64,000 nucleotides of DNA from Ostrea edulis (taxonomy: Eukaryota). A program made the position numbers and the translations under genes. Where the stretch lies: NCBI RefSeq assembly GCF_947568905.1, contig NC_079165.1, positions 87,544,001 to 87,608,000 on the forward strand, read 5' to 3'. The stretch's first letter is position 1; every line of letters starts with the position of its first letter. The notes below the pieces were generated by a model, which was given only the letters and a program-made list of their open reading frames with translations, ran no database searches and had not been told where the DNA came from. Below are positions 52,564 through 64,000 of this stretch, one piece after another.

Positions 52564-53232
52564 CCAACAAGAGAGACTGTCTAGTACACAACACACAGGA
52601 AAAGGACAGACTGTCTACTAATCAGGTATATAACAAAAATTTCAGGGGGTGCAGACCCCTTGATTCTTTGCTGGATCCACCTTCATGATTTGCTGGATCT
52701 AACAGTTTCCAAAGGCTTTAACATCTGAATGGGTGGGTTGAATCTAATACATTTTAAAGGGCTAGGAATGGTTACCCTGTAATAATTCAATATATTGAAT
52801 TTACACACATTTATATATTCTGTTAAAGAAGAAGGGTCATGCCCCTACAGTACATGTATTTTTTATATATAAATATCAATAAATGAATTTTAAAATAAAT
52901 GATATACATCCACTCTTTGGTAATAGTGGTGTGTTGAATCCTGGATATATCTACATCAATTTTTGAGTGAGTTTAACTCTAGATATAGGTATAGAATAAT
53001 ATACAAGGTTCTGGTGAGTTGGGTTGGGAAGGAGCAAGAGATGTATTTATAGGAAGTTGTGGATTTCAGCCATGTACATTGGTCACCTTATTATCTGTTT
53101 ACTGATTAGTTCATGAAAGTCTGCAGCAACTCTTCAGGACTGATACTTGTGCTTGATTGACATTTGTGTCTTAGATTTTTCTAGATGTTCGATGTCTATC
53201 ACTTCAGTAGAAAGATGACATATAAGTGATTA

Positions 53233-53768
53233 CATTATAACTGTGTCTTTCACGAATGTTCCAGAGACTTCATTTTCAGTATAAATACACTGTGAAAGCC
53301 ATTATAACTGTGTCTTTCACGAATGTTCCAGAGACTTCATTTTCAGTATAAATACACTGTGAAAGCCATTATAACTGTGTCTTTCACGAATGTTCCAGAG
53401 ACTTCATTTTCAGTATAAATACACTGTGAAAGCCATTATAACTGTGTCTTTCACGAATGTTCCAGAGACTTCATTTTCAGTATAAATACACTGTGAAAGC
53501 CATTATAACTGTGTCTTTCACGAATGTTCCAGAGACTTCATTTTCAGTATAAATACACTGTGAAAGCCATTATAACTGTGTCTTTCACGAATGTTCCAGA
53601 GACTTCATTTTCAGTATAAATACACTGTGAAAGCCATTATAACTGTGTCTTTCACGAATGTTCCAGAGACTTCATTTTCAGTATAAATACACTGTGAAAG
53701 CCATTATAACTGTGTCTTTCACGAATGTTCCAGAGACTTCATTTTCAGTATAAATACACTATGAAAGC
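53233..53768. repeat. 67-bp intronic tandem repeat, 8 near-identical units
   Basis: cattataactgtgtctttcacgaatgttccagagacttcattttcagtataaatacactgtgaaagc; one substitution seen, in the last unit. Confidence 0.97.
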
Positions 53769-55609
53769 TCTGGTAGACAAGCCACTTTAGATATTGGTGA
53801 TTAAACGATCTTTTTAAAATATGTATCTGGGGATTACAGAAATTTAATTGGAATTGACAGGCATCTTGTGACAGTATTGTGTGTAAATTCAGCTCAGCGT
53901 AAACCCATTGTTATCGTTCACCTGTCGTAAGTTAGTATTTTGTTATTTGCTATAATTTTCTTTCAATAATTGTAATCAAATTCTGTTAATTTTTTAAATT
54001 GTCTTAATTGTTAGTAAATTCTTCTGCATTAGTAAGGGTCATTTCTAACCCATAACTCTCAAGTTCAACTTTCTAACAGTTTAAGTGACAAGTTTATATT
54101 GTCGTACCATCATTTCAATATATATATGTATATATAGGTGTCACAATTGCCACGATTTTCAATTTATCATATCATTCTTCAGGTGGATTTTTTCTTCTGT
54201 GGAAATACAACAAATTTTAAGGCAAAATTAGAATTACTTGTTTATTTATTTGTCTTCATAAAATTCTTCACTTGTCTGGTAATTAGCTTTGTGGATCAAG
54301 TCTGGTAATGTGTGTTTAAGTCTCACGACAATTTTAATTTTAGACTTAGCATTGAAATTGCAGTTTTTTGCTATGTGTGACAAAATTTTAAATTTCCAAC
54401 ACCACAACACTATGACACATATGGAAGATTTAACATTAAAATTGCAGTCATTTGAGCAAAATTTTGGATTTCCTATACCACAATACTATATGACACATAT
54501 TGAAGATTTAACATTGAAGTTACAGTTTCTTAATGTTATTTGAACAAAATTTTGAATTTCTAACACCACAATACTATAATGACACATATTCTGCAGTTCT
54601 CGATCAAGTTATTCACTCTTATACCATATAACGTTTTTTCCCCGCGATAATCCAGTAAGTAGAAACTCACCACCTCGGATGTAGTACTGATTATCTTAAA
54701 CGGTGGCCAGGTGTTATCGCTCTGTACACACACCTGTTAACTTGTGAGTCATAACAGTAATGTTTTTTTAGGGTATTTTCGCAAAATTTGTGATACGCAA
54801 AAATAACCCATTATACGGTAATTGTTTGTATTTCAAGTGAAAGATGTTAATTTCATTTATGGATGCTGAAATCAATGAAGATGTCTTTAATTGCAATACA
54901 ATATTGCTTCAATTGAAAGTCTTTCTTGCAAGCAATATGATTTGTAAATTCATAACTTGAATATAATCTAAGAATATGCAGTTTTCATTTGTTGGACATT
55001 TAAACTGTCACAAACTTACCTTGAGAGTTTGTTGAATTGTCTTTTATTTTTACTGTTCTGATTGTGGAATTCCACAGAGTGTATATGTTTTCATTTTGGA
55101 CAGCTGATCGTACTCTTTAAATGGTGGCCTGGGAATTGTCATTTGTTTGCCCACATTTGACAGATGCCTATGTTTGAGACATTAGATTGTATTTATCCTA
55201 TTGAAAGTTTGACACATGAGATTTGTGGCTCTCAGAGGTCACAAGCGTATGATTTTCTGTTACTATTAATAGCTAGTATAACCTTAGCAAATTTGCTCCT
55301 GCATGCTTCAACATCTCCTGACATTGTGCTTTTATTGGATCATTACATTTATTCAACAACATTGTTGCTAATGTTTCATTTTCTCTTGGTTGTAATTGAA
55401 TTCAAAGTGAACTTTAGATGATGGTGCATTCATGTGACCATCCTAGACCTTATTACCAACTCTAACCAATCTAACCTTAATATAGCAGATTGTCCCTCAA
55501 AGTTTCTTTTTTAACCACCCACCACCCCCAAATGGAATTGTACCTGTATTAAAAAATTATAGTGCCAGCATGTCTTTCTCTGTTCTGACAGAGACCTGCC
55601 TCCCCAATG

Positions 55610-55687
55610 TTGGTTTGGTTTTATATTGTTTAACATCCCTTTCGAGAATTCTTCACTCGTATAGAGACGTCACCATTGTCAGTGAAC
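55610..55687 (-). mobile_element. 3' fragment of the same SINE family as 803-1049
   Basis: tggtttggttttatattgtttaacatccctttcgagaattcttcactcgtatagagacgtcaccattgtcagtgaa. Confidence 0.7.
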
Positions 55688-58216
55688 CTCCCCATTCTAA
55701 TGTCTTTGTTCAATGCAATTAGCTTTATTTTGACTTGCCTTGTCACAATCACAGTCAATTTATTATACCCCACGCAATGAAATTGTGGAGGGTATAATGT
55801 TTTTCACCCGTTCAACAGTCCCTCAGTTCCTTTCTTTTTCTAGGAGTTATGCCCCTTTTGAACTTCGAATTTCGACCTTGAAGTACTGTGGTATTTAAAT
55901 CAGACCAAGGTTATGTTTCATTTCAGTTTGACTGATTTAACACTTAGTTCTCTCCCCTCCTGAAGGCACACAAGGCTGCAACACTGGGTCTCTCCAAACC
56001 CCTGTCTCTTATTATCACTTGGCCTGGTTCTAATATCTCCATCCTGTACCCCTTCTTTCTGCTCCCACTGTCCTTCACCGGGTTGTTTTCAGTCTCCCTC
56101 ATGCCCCTTTTCCTTGTGGTGTCTCACAGTCGTCGTCACCTCCCCTCCCTAGCATGTGTCCTATCCAGTTCCACTGCCGCCTCCACCTTATTACGTTCAT
56201 ATCCGAATTTCTTTGTAGTATGAATATTAATTTACACTTACTGTCCAAACTTCTTACTGAGTGGGAACAGATTAATTTACACTTATGTCTAAAATTTCTT
56301 TGTCAGTGTGAAAATTGGTTTACACTCCCGACTCCAAACTTCTCAATGATTTACAATTATTTCAGAATTTGTTTGTTAGTGTGAACATGGATTTACACCC
56401 AAATTTGGCTCTATAAACATTTTTAGCAGTGCTAATTTCAGAGGTAAATAAAATTTCATCTTGCATGGGATATATTTACTGTATTTAAGGATGGTGAAGA
56501 CTTGGTGATAATTGGCGAGAAAAGAAATTTAACATTTTATCTGTAAGACTTACCTGGTTAGACTCGCATTGTCCTTTGATGGAGACTAATCTTTTTTTGA
56601 AAAATTGAATACAATGGTAAGTGATTATATTGGGGCTCTACGTTGGGAAAATATTTGTATGAATTTTAATGGATTTTGCATGTTTACTCAATTCTGATCT
56701 GTGCTGAATATTGAAAAGCAACTTAAGGAAATCTTTATTGCTGTCAAACAATATAATAACATTGAGGCCAAAATAATAAAGCTTTGATATTCATTGTCCT
56801 ACATAACAGCAATACTTAGACTGTGTAGGGATTTTAATTTTTGAGAAGACTCGTGGAGTTTTAGTGAGGAAGGATTTTTAATTGTGTGTGGTAATTCTAC
56901 GGTGTGACGTTGATTTCAATGAATGTCTGGCAGAATTGATTCTATGCTGCTTGGGCGGGTGTCTAATTGGTTGGTGCCTGATATACCCCTACATCAACAT
57001 CCAATGGATTATGGTGTTGTGTATTGATAAAGTGATTATGCTGTCGGAAGGCAATCAACTTTATTACATTTTTTGGGGGGTGTTTGGAATGACACCCAGG
57101 ATAAAGCGAGAGCTTATGAAAATTCCTCTGTGAAGAATTTCTCTATAGGAAAGAATTGGTTTTCAGTGAGGTGAATTGATTTTTGTTATTTTACATTGAT
57201 TTCTGATTGAGAAACATGGAAACATTTAGAAAATCTAGCCTTGTAACAGGAGTGACCGCCAAACGACAAAACGAGACACAGCAACTTGAGTATGGACATT
57301 TGTTAACATGGATGTACCTCATCAATGGCTGTAAGTGTAGTAGTTGATGGGCAGAGGTGTTATTGATGAATGAAGAACAGTCTGATTTCAATTTTGCTAA
57401 ATCTTATGTGCTGGAAGGAAATATATGGGGGGGGGGGGGGTAATAAACCAATATTTAGGTAATATGGCTGACTCCATACATCATACTGGCTGGTGGTTGT
57501 TTTATATGGATGAATGGATGAAATTCTGAAATTCCCTGCCCTTCATTTTGGTTGTTATACATAAATCATAGCCTTTACAAAAACCAGGCCTGGTTTGCAT
57601 AAAAATCAATACACTTTTTAATAAACTGTACAATAAAAGATGGCTTTTGTATTGTGTAGAGCTTAAATTGTAGTATAATTAATGGTAATTTTTCATTTGC
57701 AACCCTGTACTATTTTGACCTGCATGCACTAGTACATGTAGGCTAAGGTATAGGAAAATTGTTTAATTTTTTGGTGAAAAAATATAGAAGATGACACGTA
57801 CTCAATGAATATATGCAAATTGCTTTCACCAAGTTTAGGCACAGATGGCCTATATGTAAACTTCCAGTGATCAATTCTGGAAAAAATATTGTTTATCTTG
57901 AAATAAAAATGAATTGATTTCTGAAGGTTAACAGCTTTTAAGAAGTGTTAGAAGTTATGAGAATAAAAGCTTGATAATACCAATTGATTGGTGTTTGTAC
58001 ACCTGAAGTCATCATACAATGTCTTTGATGCAAGTACACCGATTTCATATTATTCAGAATTAGATTCTGAATAACTAGCAGACCTTTTTTTGGTATGAAA
58101 ATTGCATGTCACTCAGAAAATTGGAATCGTGAATTATTTTGCAAATCCTTATCTTCCTATGAAATGATTTGCTTCTGTGACTGATGAAATTAATGCATAA
58201 ACCTGATATTTTTCAG

Positions 58217-58509
58217 ATACTCCTGAAACCAACATCACAGAAATCCCTACCAATCCTGATATTTCCATACGATGTGATCGATGCAAAATATACATCAATC
58301 TCCGAACGCTCCGAGATCACCGGATATACCATGATGCCTTGCAGGTGATGAAATATCAAGGCAAAAGTAAACCAACATCTATAGATGGACTCAGAAAAAG
58401 ACGACAGATCATTCTGAGAAAGATCCGTGAACAAAAGGAAACTCCCAAACAGCTCCAGGCAATCCAGGAACTTAATGATGCATATGAATATCTTAAAGCT
58501 GACGTGCAG
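58217..58509 (+). CDS. PP2D1: Coding exon of PP2D1-like gene (Cys/His-rich N-terminal region)
   Basis: ttttcag| acceptor, open frame (D)TPET..ISIRCDRCKIYINLRTLRDHRIYHDALQVMKYQG..RRQIILRKI..LQAIQELNDAYEYLKADVQ, donor cag|gtatgt. Resembles, from memory, the human PP2D1 N-terminus (FPCSICK..IDL..HKKQHVAL..FQ..QRQFMISKL..INNAFELL). Confidence 0.8.
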
Positions 58510-59895
58510 GTATGTAAGTTACAGGTATATAGATTACAGGTATGTAAGTTACAGGTATATAGATTACATGTATATAGATTACAGGTATATAGATTACAGT
58601 TATATAAATTACAGGTATATAGATTACAGGTATATAGATTACAGGTATATAGATTACAGGTATATAGATTACATGTATATAGATTACAGGTATATAGATT
58701 ACAGTTATATAAATTACAGGTATATAGATTACAGGTATATAGATTACAGTTATATAGATTACAGGTATATAGATTACAGGTGTATAGATTACAGGTATAT
58801 AGATTACATGTATATAGATTACAGGTATATAGATTACATGTATGATATTACAGGTATATAGATTACATGTATATAGATTACAGTTATATAGATTACAGGT
58901 ATGTAAGTTACAGGTATATAGATTACAGTTATATAGATTACAGGTATATAGATTACAGGTATATAGATTACAGTTATATAGATTACATGTATATAGATTA
59001 CAGGTATATAGATTACAGGTATATAGATTACAGGTATATAGATTACAGGTATGATATTACAGTTATATAGATTACAGGTATGATATTACAGTTATATAGA
59101 TTACAGGTATGATATTACAGGTATATAGATTACAGGTATGATATTACAGTTATATAGATTACAGGTATGATATTACAGTTATATAGATTACAGGTATGAT
59201 ATTACAGGTATATAGATTACAGGTATATAGATTACAGGTATGATATTACAGGTATATAGATTACAGGTATGATATTACAGTTATATAGATTACAGGTATG
59301 ATATTACAGTTATATAGATTACAGGTATGATATTACAGGTATATAGATTACAGGTATATAGATTACAGGTATATAGATTACAGGTATATAGATTACAGGT
59401 ATGATATTACAGTTATATAGATTACAGGTATGATATTACAGGTATATAGATTACAGGTATATAGATTACAGGTATATAGATTACAGGTATGATATTACAG
59501 TTATATAGATTACAGGTATGATATTACAGTTATATAGATTACAGGTATATAGATTACAGGTATATAGATTACAGGTATGATATTACAGTTATATAGATTA
59601 CAGGTATGCTATTACAGGTATATAGATTACAGGTATGATATTACAGTTATATAGATTACAGGTATGATATTACAGGTATATAGATTACAGGTATGATATT
59701 ACAGTTATATAGATTACAGGTATGATATTACAGTTATATAGATTACAGGTATGATATTACAGTTATATAGATTACAGGTATGATATTACAGTTATATAGA
59801 TTACAGGTATGATATTACAGGTATATAGATTACAGGTATGATATTACAGTTATATAGATTACAGGTATGATATTACAGTTATATAGATTACAGGT
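58510..59895 (+). repeat. 15/14-bp minisatellite starting at the exon donor
   Basis: ttacaggtatataga units with variants ttacagttatataga, ttacatgtatataga and 14-bp ttacaggtatgata. Confidence 0.97.
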
Positions 59896-60121
59896 ACATA
59901 TGAGGTTTGTATATTATAGGTATATAGATTACAGATGTATATTACAGATATGTAGAATACAGGTACCATTTGGATTACAAGTATTTGCTTGTGAATCACC
60001 TCAGCGAAGATGCTAGAAATGTACTAAAAAGCAAAGGTTTAGTTATTTTAAGAATAGTTTTGTTTTGCATCAGACTGTGTATGTGTTTGTCATTAGATGT
60101 TGGATAGACATGTACATGTTT

Positions 60122-60285
60122 GTCAGTAGACAATGGATAAATGTACATTTAGTCAGTAGACAATGGATAGATGTACATTTAGTCAGTAGACAATGGATAG
60201 ATGTACATTTAGTCAGTAGACAATGGATAGATGTACATTTAGTCAGTAGACAATGGATAGATGTACATTTAGTCAGTAGACAATG
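60122..60285. repeat. 30-bp minisatellite, about 5.5 units
   Basis: gtcagtagacaatggatagatgtacattta. Confidence 0.95.
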
Positions 60286-60400
60286 CCTAGATTTTGTACA
60301 TGTTTTTCAAAAGAAAATGAATAGATATGTGCATGTTTTTCAGTAGATGTTGGATAGATATTACATGTTTTTCAATAGAAAATGGATAGATATGTATATG

Positions 60401-61337
60401 TTTGTCAGTAGATGTTGTTATTGTTGTACATATTTGTCAGTAGATGTTGTTATTGTTGTATTTGTCAGTAGATGATGTTGTTATTGTATATGTTTGTCAG
60501 TAGATGTTGTTATTGTTGTACATATTTGTCAGTATATGATGTTATTGTTGTATTTGTCAGTATATGATGTTATTGTTGTATATGTCAGTAGATGATGTTA
60601 TTGTTGTATTTGTCAGTATATGATGTTATTGTTGTATTTGTCAGTATATGATGTTATTGTTGTATTTGTCAGTATATGATGTTATTGTATATGTTTGTCA
60701 GTAGATGATGTTATTGTTGTATATGTCAGTAGATGATGTTATTGTTGTATTTGTCAGTATATGATGTTATTGTTGTACTTATTTGTCAGTAGATGTTGTT
60801 ATTGTTGTACATATTTGTCAGTATATGATGTTATTGTTGTATTTGTCAGTATATGATGTTATTGTATATGTTTGTCAGTAGATGATGTTATTGTTGTATA
60901 TGTCAGTAGATGATGTTATTGTTGTATTTGTCAGTATATGATGTTATTGTTGTATATGTCAGTAGATGATGTTATTGTTGTATTTGTCAGTATATGATGT
61001 TATTGTTGTACTTATTTGTCAGTAGATGTTGTTATTGTTGTACATATTTGTCAGTATATGATGTTATTGTTGTATATGTCAGTATATGATGTTATTGTTG
61101 TATTTGTCAGTATATGATGTTATTGTATATGTTTGTCAGTAGATGATGTTATTGTTGTACATATTTGTCAGTAGATGATGTTATTGTTGTACATATTTGT
61201 CAGTATATGATGTTATTGTTGTATTTGTCAGTATATGATGTTATTGTTGTATTTGTCAGTATATGATGTTATTGTTGTATATGTCAGTAGATATTGTTAT
61301 TGTATACGTTTGTCAGTATATGTTGTTATTGTTGTAG
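60401..61337 (+). repeat. ~25-33-bp minisatellite ending at the exon acceptor
   Basis: tgtcagta(t/g)atgatgttattgttgta(tt) units; the last unit runs into tgttgttattgttgtag|. Confidence 0.95.
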
Positions 61338-61459
61338 GGTACGTTTGAGCTGGAGCGACAGAGTAGAGAGGAGATAAACACAGACGTCCGTGGAGTGGCC
61401 GTTAACTGTAGTCCCCCTTGTGTGTTCGCTGTTGGCACCTGTTCCTCACAGAATGAAAG
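61338..61459 (+). CDS. PP2D1: Coding exon of PP2D1-like gene (start of the PP2C domain)
   Basis: Phase-0 acceptor matches the previous donor. GTFELERQSREEINTDVRGVAVNCSPPCVFAVGTCSSQNE(R) resembles the first PP2C strand region (GVGICEDRNSTWK in human, from memory). Donor aag|gtacag; the gene continues beyond the window. Confidence 0.75.
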
Positions 61460-61744
61460 GTACAGTACTTTTCTAAAGTTTTTAACACTCATCATTTTAT
61501 TAATTCATCATCCTATTGTAATGGCTTTCTTCCTGTGTTTTGGGGGCAGGATGTTTGGAAATGAATATGATTTGTTGAAAATGAATTGTAGGATTTGTTT
61601 TAATGAGTACTGTAAATCCCTTCCTTAGAAATTTAATTGGAAGAGGATAGTTGCAATTTTAATAAAAGCTATGAAAGTAAAATGAGAGGAAGTGTTTTTC
61701 ATTATCTCAATAGAGCCAAAGCCTTGGATGAATTTTTAGCTTAC

Positions 61745-62700
61745 AGGTGTTGAAAACTCAAGTGAGCTTTTCTGATTGAAATTTGTCCATTGTCTGTTTC
61801 TTGTCTTGCTGTCAACTTTCCGCATTAGGGACTTCTCATAAACACTGGGCAAATTTTACCACATCAGGGAGAAATCAGTCTTTGATAAGGGGATTCAGGT
61901 TTGTTTAAATGAAGGATCACCCCACCTTTGAAAGGGGTGTTACATATATCAGGAAAGATGAAAAGATCCGAGAATGTTGCATTTAAAAAAAATCTGAATA
62001 ATCTGTGATCCAGGAAAGTCAGAACTTGCTGGAAAGTTACCTTATCTTATGAGGATTAAAATTTAATGTACATCGGGGGTCATGGAGCTGCCACAATAGG
62101 TGTTTAGTTTTATATCAGAAAATTAGAAAAATTCTTTCAATATTAGTTAATTGGTATCTTGTTCTGAAGAACCGCAGGGGTTCACTATGTCAAAGGCAAA
62201 GGTAGTGCTTATTGTACACATAGTTTAGATTCAAAGACTTTTCACATCATGACCTCTGGTACAAACAGGAATCTATAGGAAAAATCCCAAGAATCCCAAT
62301 GGTACAATGTGATCCAACTCTTCGGATCAAGTTACTGTAGTAATGATAAATTTATTACATACCCCCTTATGCATTTTAAATCCACATTTATAAGATAGTA
62401 AATGTAATCCAAATTATCGAAAACACAGACATACAGTGAAATTATGTTTTGTGTACGCAGTTTGGTTTGTGACGCGGTCAATATTTTCCACTAAAAACGT
62501 TGTGTTGATGCATTGTGACGTCATCAGTTTCAGAGGATACTGATACGGAATCAGAAAACCACAGTCTGGTGATCCGGAAAACCGGATCACACTCTGTGAA
62601 ATCCACAGTATTTATAAACAAAACATTGTTGGGTTTATATTGAATAGAAAAAAATCTCAAGAATCCCAAAGGTACAATGTGTCAGATCAATATGCAAGCT
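61745..62700 (+). mobile_element. Degenerate pearl/Helentron-like element
   Basis: Head-like ctcaagtgagcttttctgattgaaatttgtcc and eroded satellite monomers. Boundaries approximate. Confidence 0.4.
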
Positions 62701-62716
62701 TCCTTGTGTTATGTGA

Positions 62717-64000
62717 TCTCTGTATCATTAGTGTTAGAGAATCCTCGATATCTTGTGGACTCTGTATCATTAGTGTTAGAGAATCCGCGGTATCTTGTGG
62801 ACTCTGTATCATTAGTGTTAGAGAATCCGCGGTATCTTGTGGACTCTGTATCATTAGTGTTAGAGAATCCGCAGTATCTTGTGGACTCTGTATCATTAGT
62901 GTTAGAGAATCCTCGATATCTTGTGGACTCTGTATCATTAGTGTTAGAGAATCTACAGTATCTTGTGGACTCTGTATCATTAGTGTTAGAGAATCCGCAG
63001 TCTTGTCGACTCTGTATCATTAGTGTTAGAGAATCCGCGGTATCTTGTGGACTCTGTATCATTAGTGTTAGAGAATCTGCGGTATCTTGTGGACTCTGTA
63101 TCATTAGTGTTAGAGAATCCGCAGTCTTGTGGACTCTGTATCATTAGTGTTAGAGAATCTGCAGTCTTGTGGACTCTGTATCATTAGTGTTAGAGAATCC
63201 GCAGTATCTTGTGGACTCTGTATCATTAGTGTTAGAGAATCCGCAGTCTTGTGGACTCTGTATCATTAGTGTTAGAGAATCCGCAGTCTTGTGGACTCTG
63301 TATCATTAGTGTTAGAGAATCCGCAGTATCTTGTGGACTCTGTATCATTAGTGTTAGAGAATCCGCGGTATCTTGTGGACTCTGTATCATTGGTGTTAGA
63401 GAATTCGCAGTATCTTGTGGACTCTGTATCATTAGTGTTAGAGAATCCACAGTCTTGTTGACTCTGTATCATTAGTGTTAGAGAATCCACAGTCTTGTGG
63501 ACTCTGTATCATTAGTGTTAGAGAATCCTCGATATCTTGTGGACTCTGTATCATTAGTGTTAGAGAATCCACAGTCTTGTGGACTCTGTATCATTAGTGT
63601 TAGAGAATCCGCAGTATCTTGTGGATTCTGTATCATTAGTGTTAGAGAATCTACAATATCTTGTGGATTCTATATCATTAGTGTTAGAGAATCCGCAGTA
63701 TCTTGTGGTCTCTGTATCATTAGTGTGAGGGAATCCGCAGTCTTGTGGAATCTGTATCATTAGTGTTAGAGAATCCGCAGTATCTTGTGGACTCTGTATC
63801 ATTAGTGTTAGAGAATCCGCAGTCTTGTGGACTCTGTATCATTAGTGTTAGAGAATCCGCAGTATCTTGTGGACTCTGTATCATTAGTGTTAGAGAATCC
63901 GCGGTATCTTGTGGACTCTGTATCATTGGTGTTAGAGAATTCGCAGTATCTTGTGGACTCTGTATCATTAGTGTTAGAGAATCCACAGTCTTGTTGACTC
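62717..64000. repeat. 42/40-bp minisatellite running off the window end
   Basis: gactctgtatcattagtgttagagaatccgc(a/g)gt(at)cttgtg. Confidence 0.97.

Noticed and set aside
51950-52688. Long ORFs of 183 and 194 aa
   Set aside because: They are translations of the 48-bp repeat, not independent genes.
53233-53768. CRISPR-like array
   Set aside because: Units are contiguous with no unique spacers; eukaryotic intron; no cas genes.
55021-55440. Minus-strand exon ending at a caag|gtaagt donor
   Set aside because: No long open frame or recognisable protein similarity.
58427-59070. YRYID and LQVYR repeat ORFs as stand-alone proteins
   Set aside because: They arise from the 15-bp array; the genuine coding part ends at the 58509 donor.
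62461-62671. Next PP2D1 exon (cgcag| ... aaag|gt)
   Set aside because: Stops in all three frames and no expected WK..M.D motif.
62640-63986. Multiple overlapping ORFs on both strands
   Set aside because: Products of the 42/40-bp minisatellite.

Overview
Eukaryotic, AT-rich, repeat-dense DNA, most likely from a true oyster (Ostreidae); this is inferred from recognisable ~165-bp HindIII/Cg170-type satellite monomers, pearl/Helentron-like elements and an oyster-type SINE. The first 46.4 kb is a near-identical direct duplication (1-22431 and 24124-46371). Each copy carries two divergent innexin genes with single-exon ORFs (A, 407 aa; B, 392 aa), two decayed LINE fragments and many small non-autonomous elements. 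The 1.7 kb between the copies begins abruptly inside the coding sequence of a third, more canonical innexin (C-terminal ~115 codons plus long 3' flank), so the duplication junction appears to cut an innexin exon. The unique 3' part (46372-64000) holds a tRNA-like element and three phase-compatible coding exons of a gene resembling PP2D1. Each of those exons has a minisatellite built from its own splice junction, multiplying donor- or acceptor-like sites. All calls are by eye and from recall; no database searches or alignments were run.
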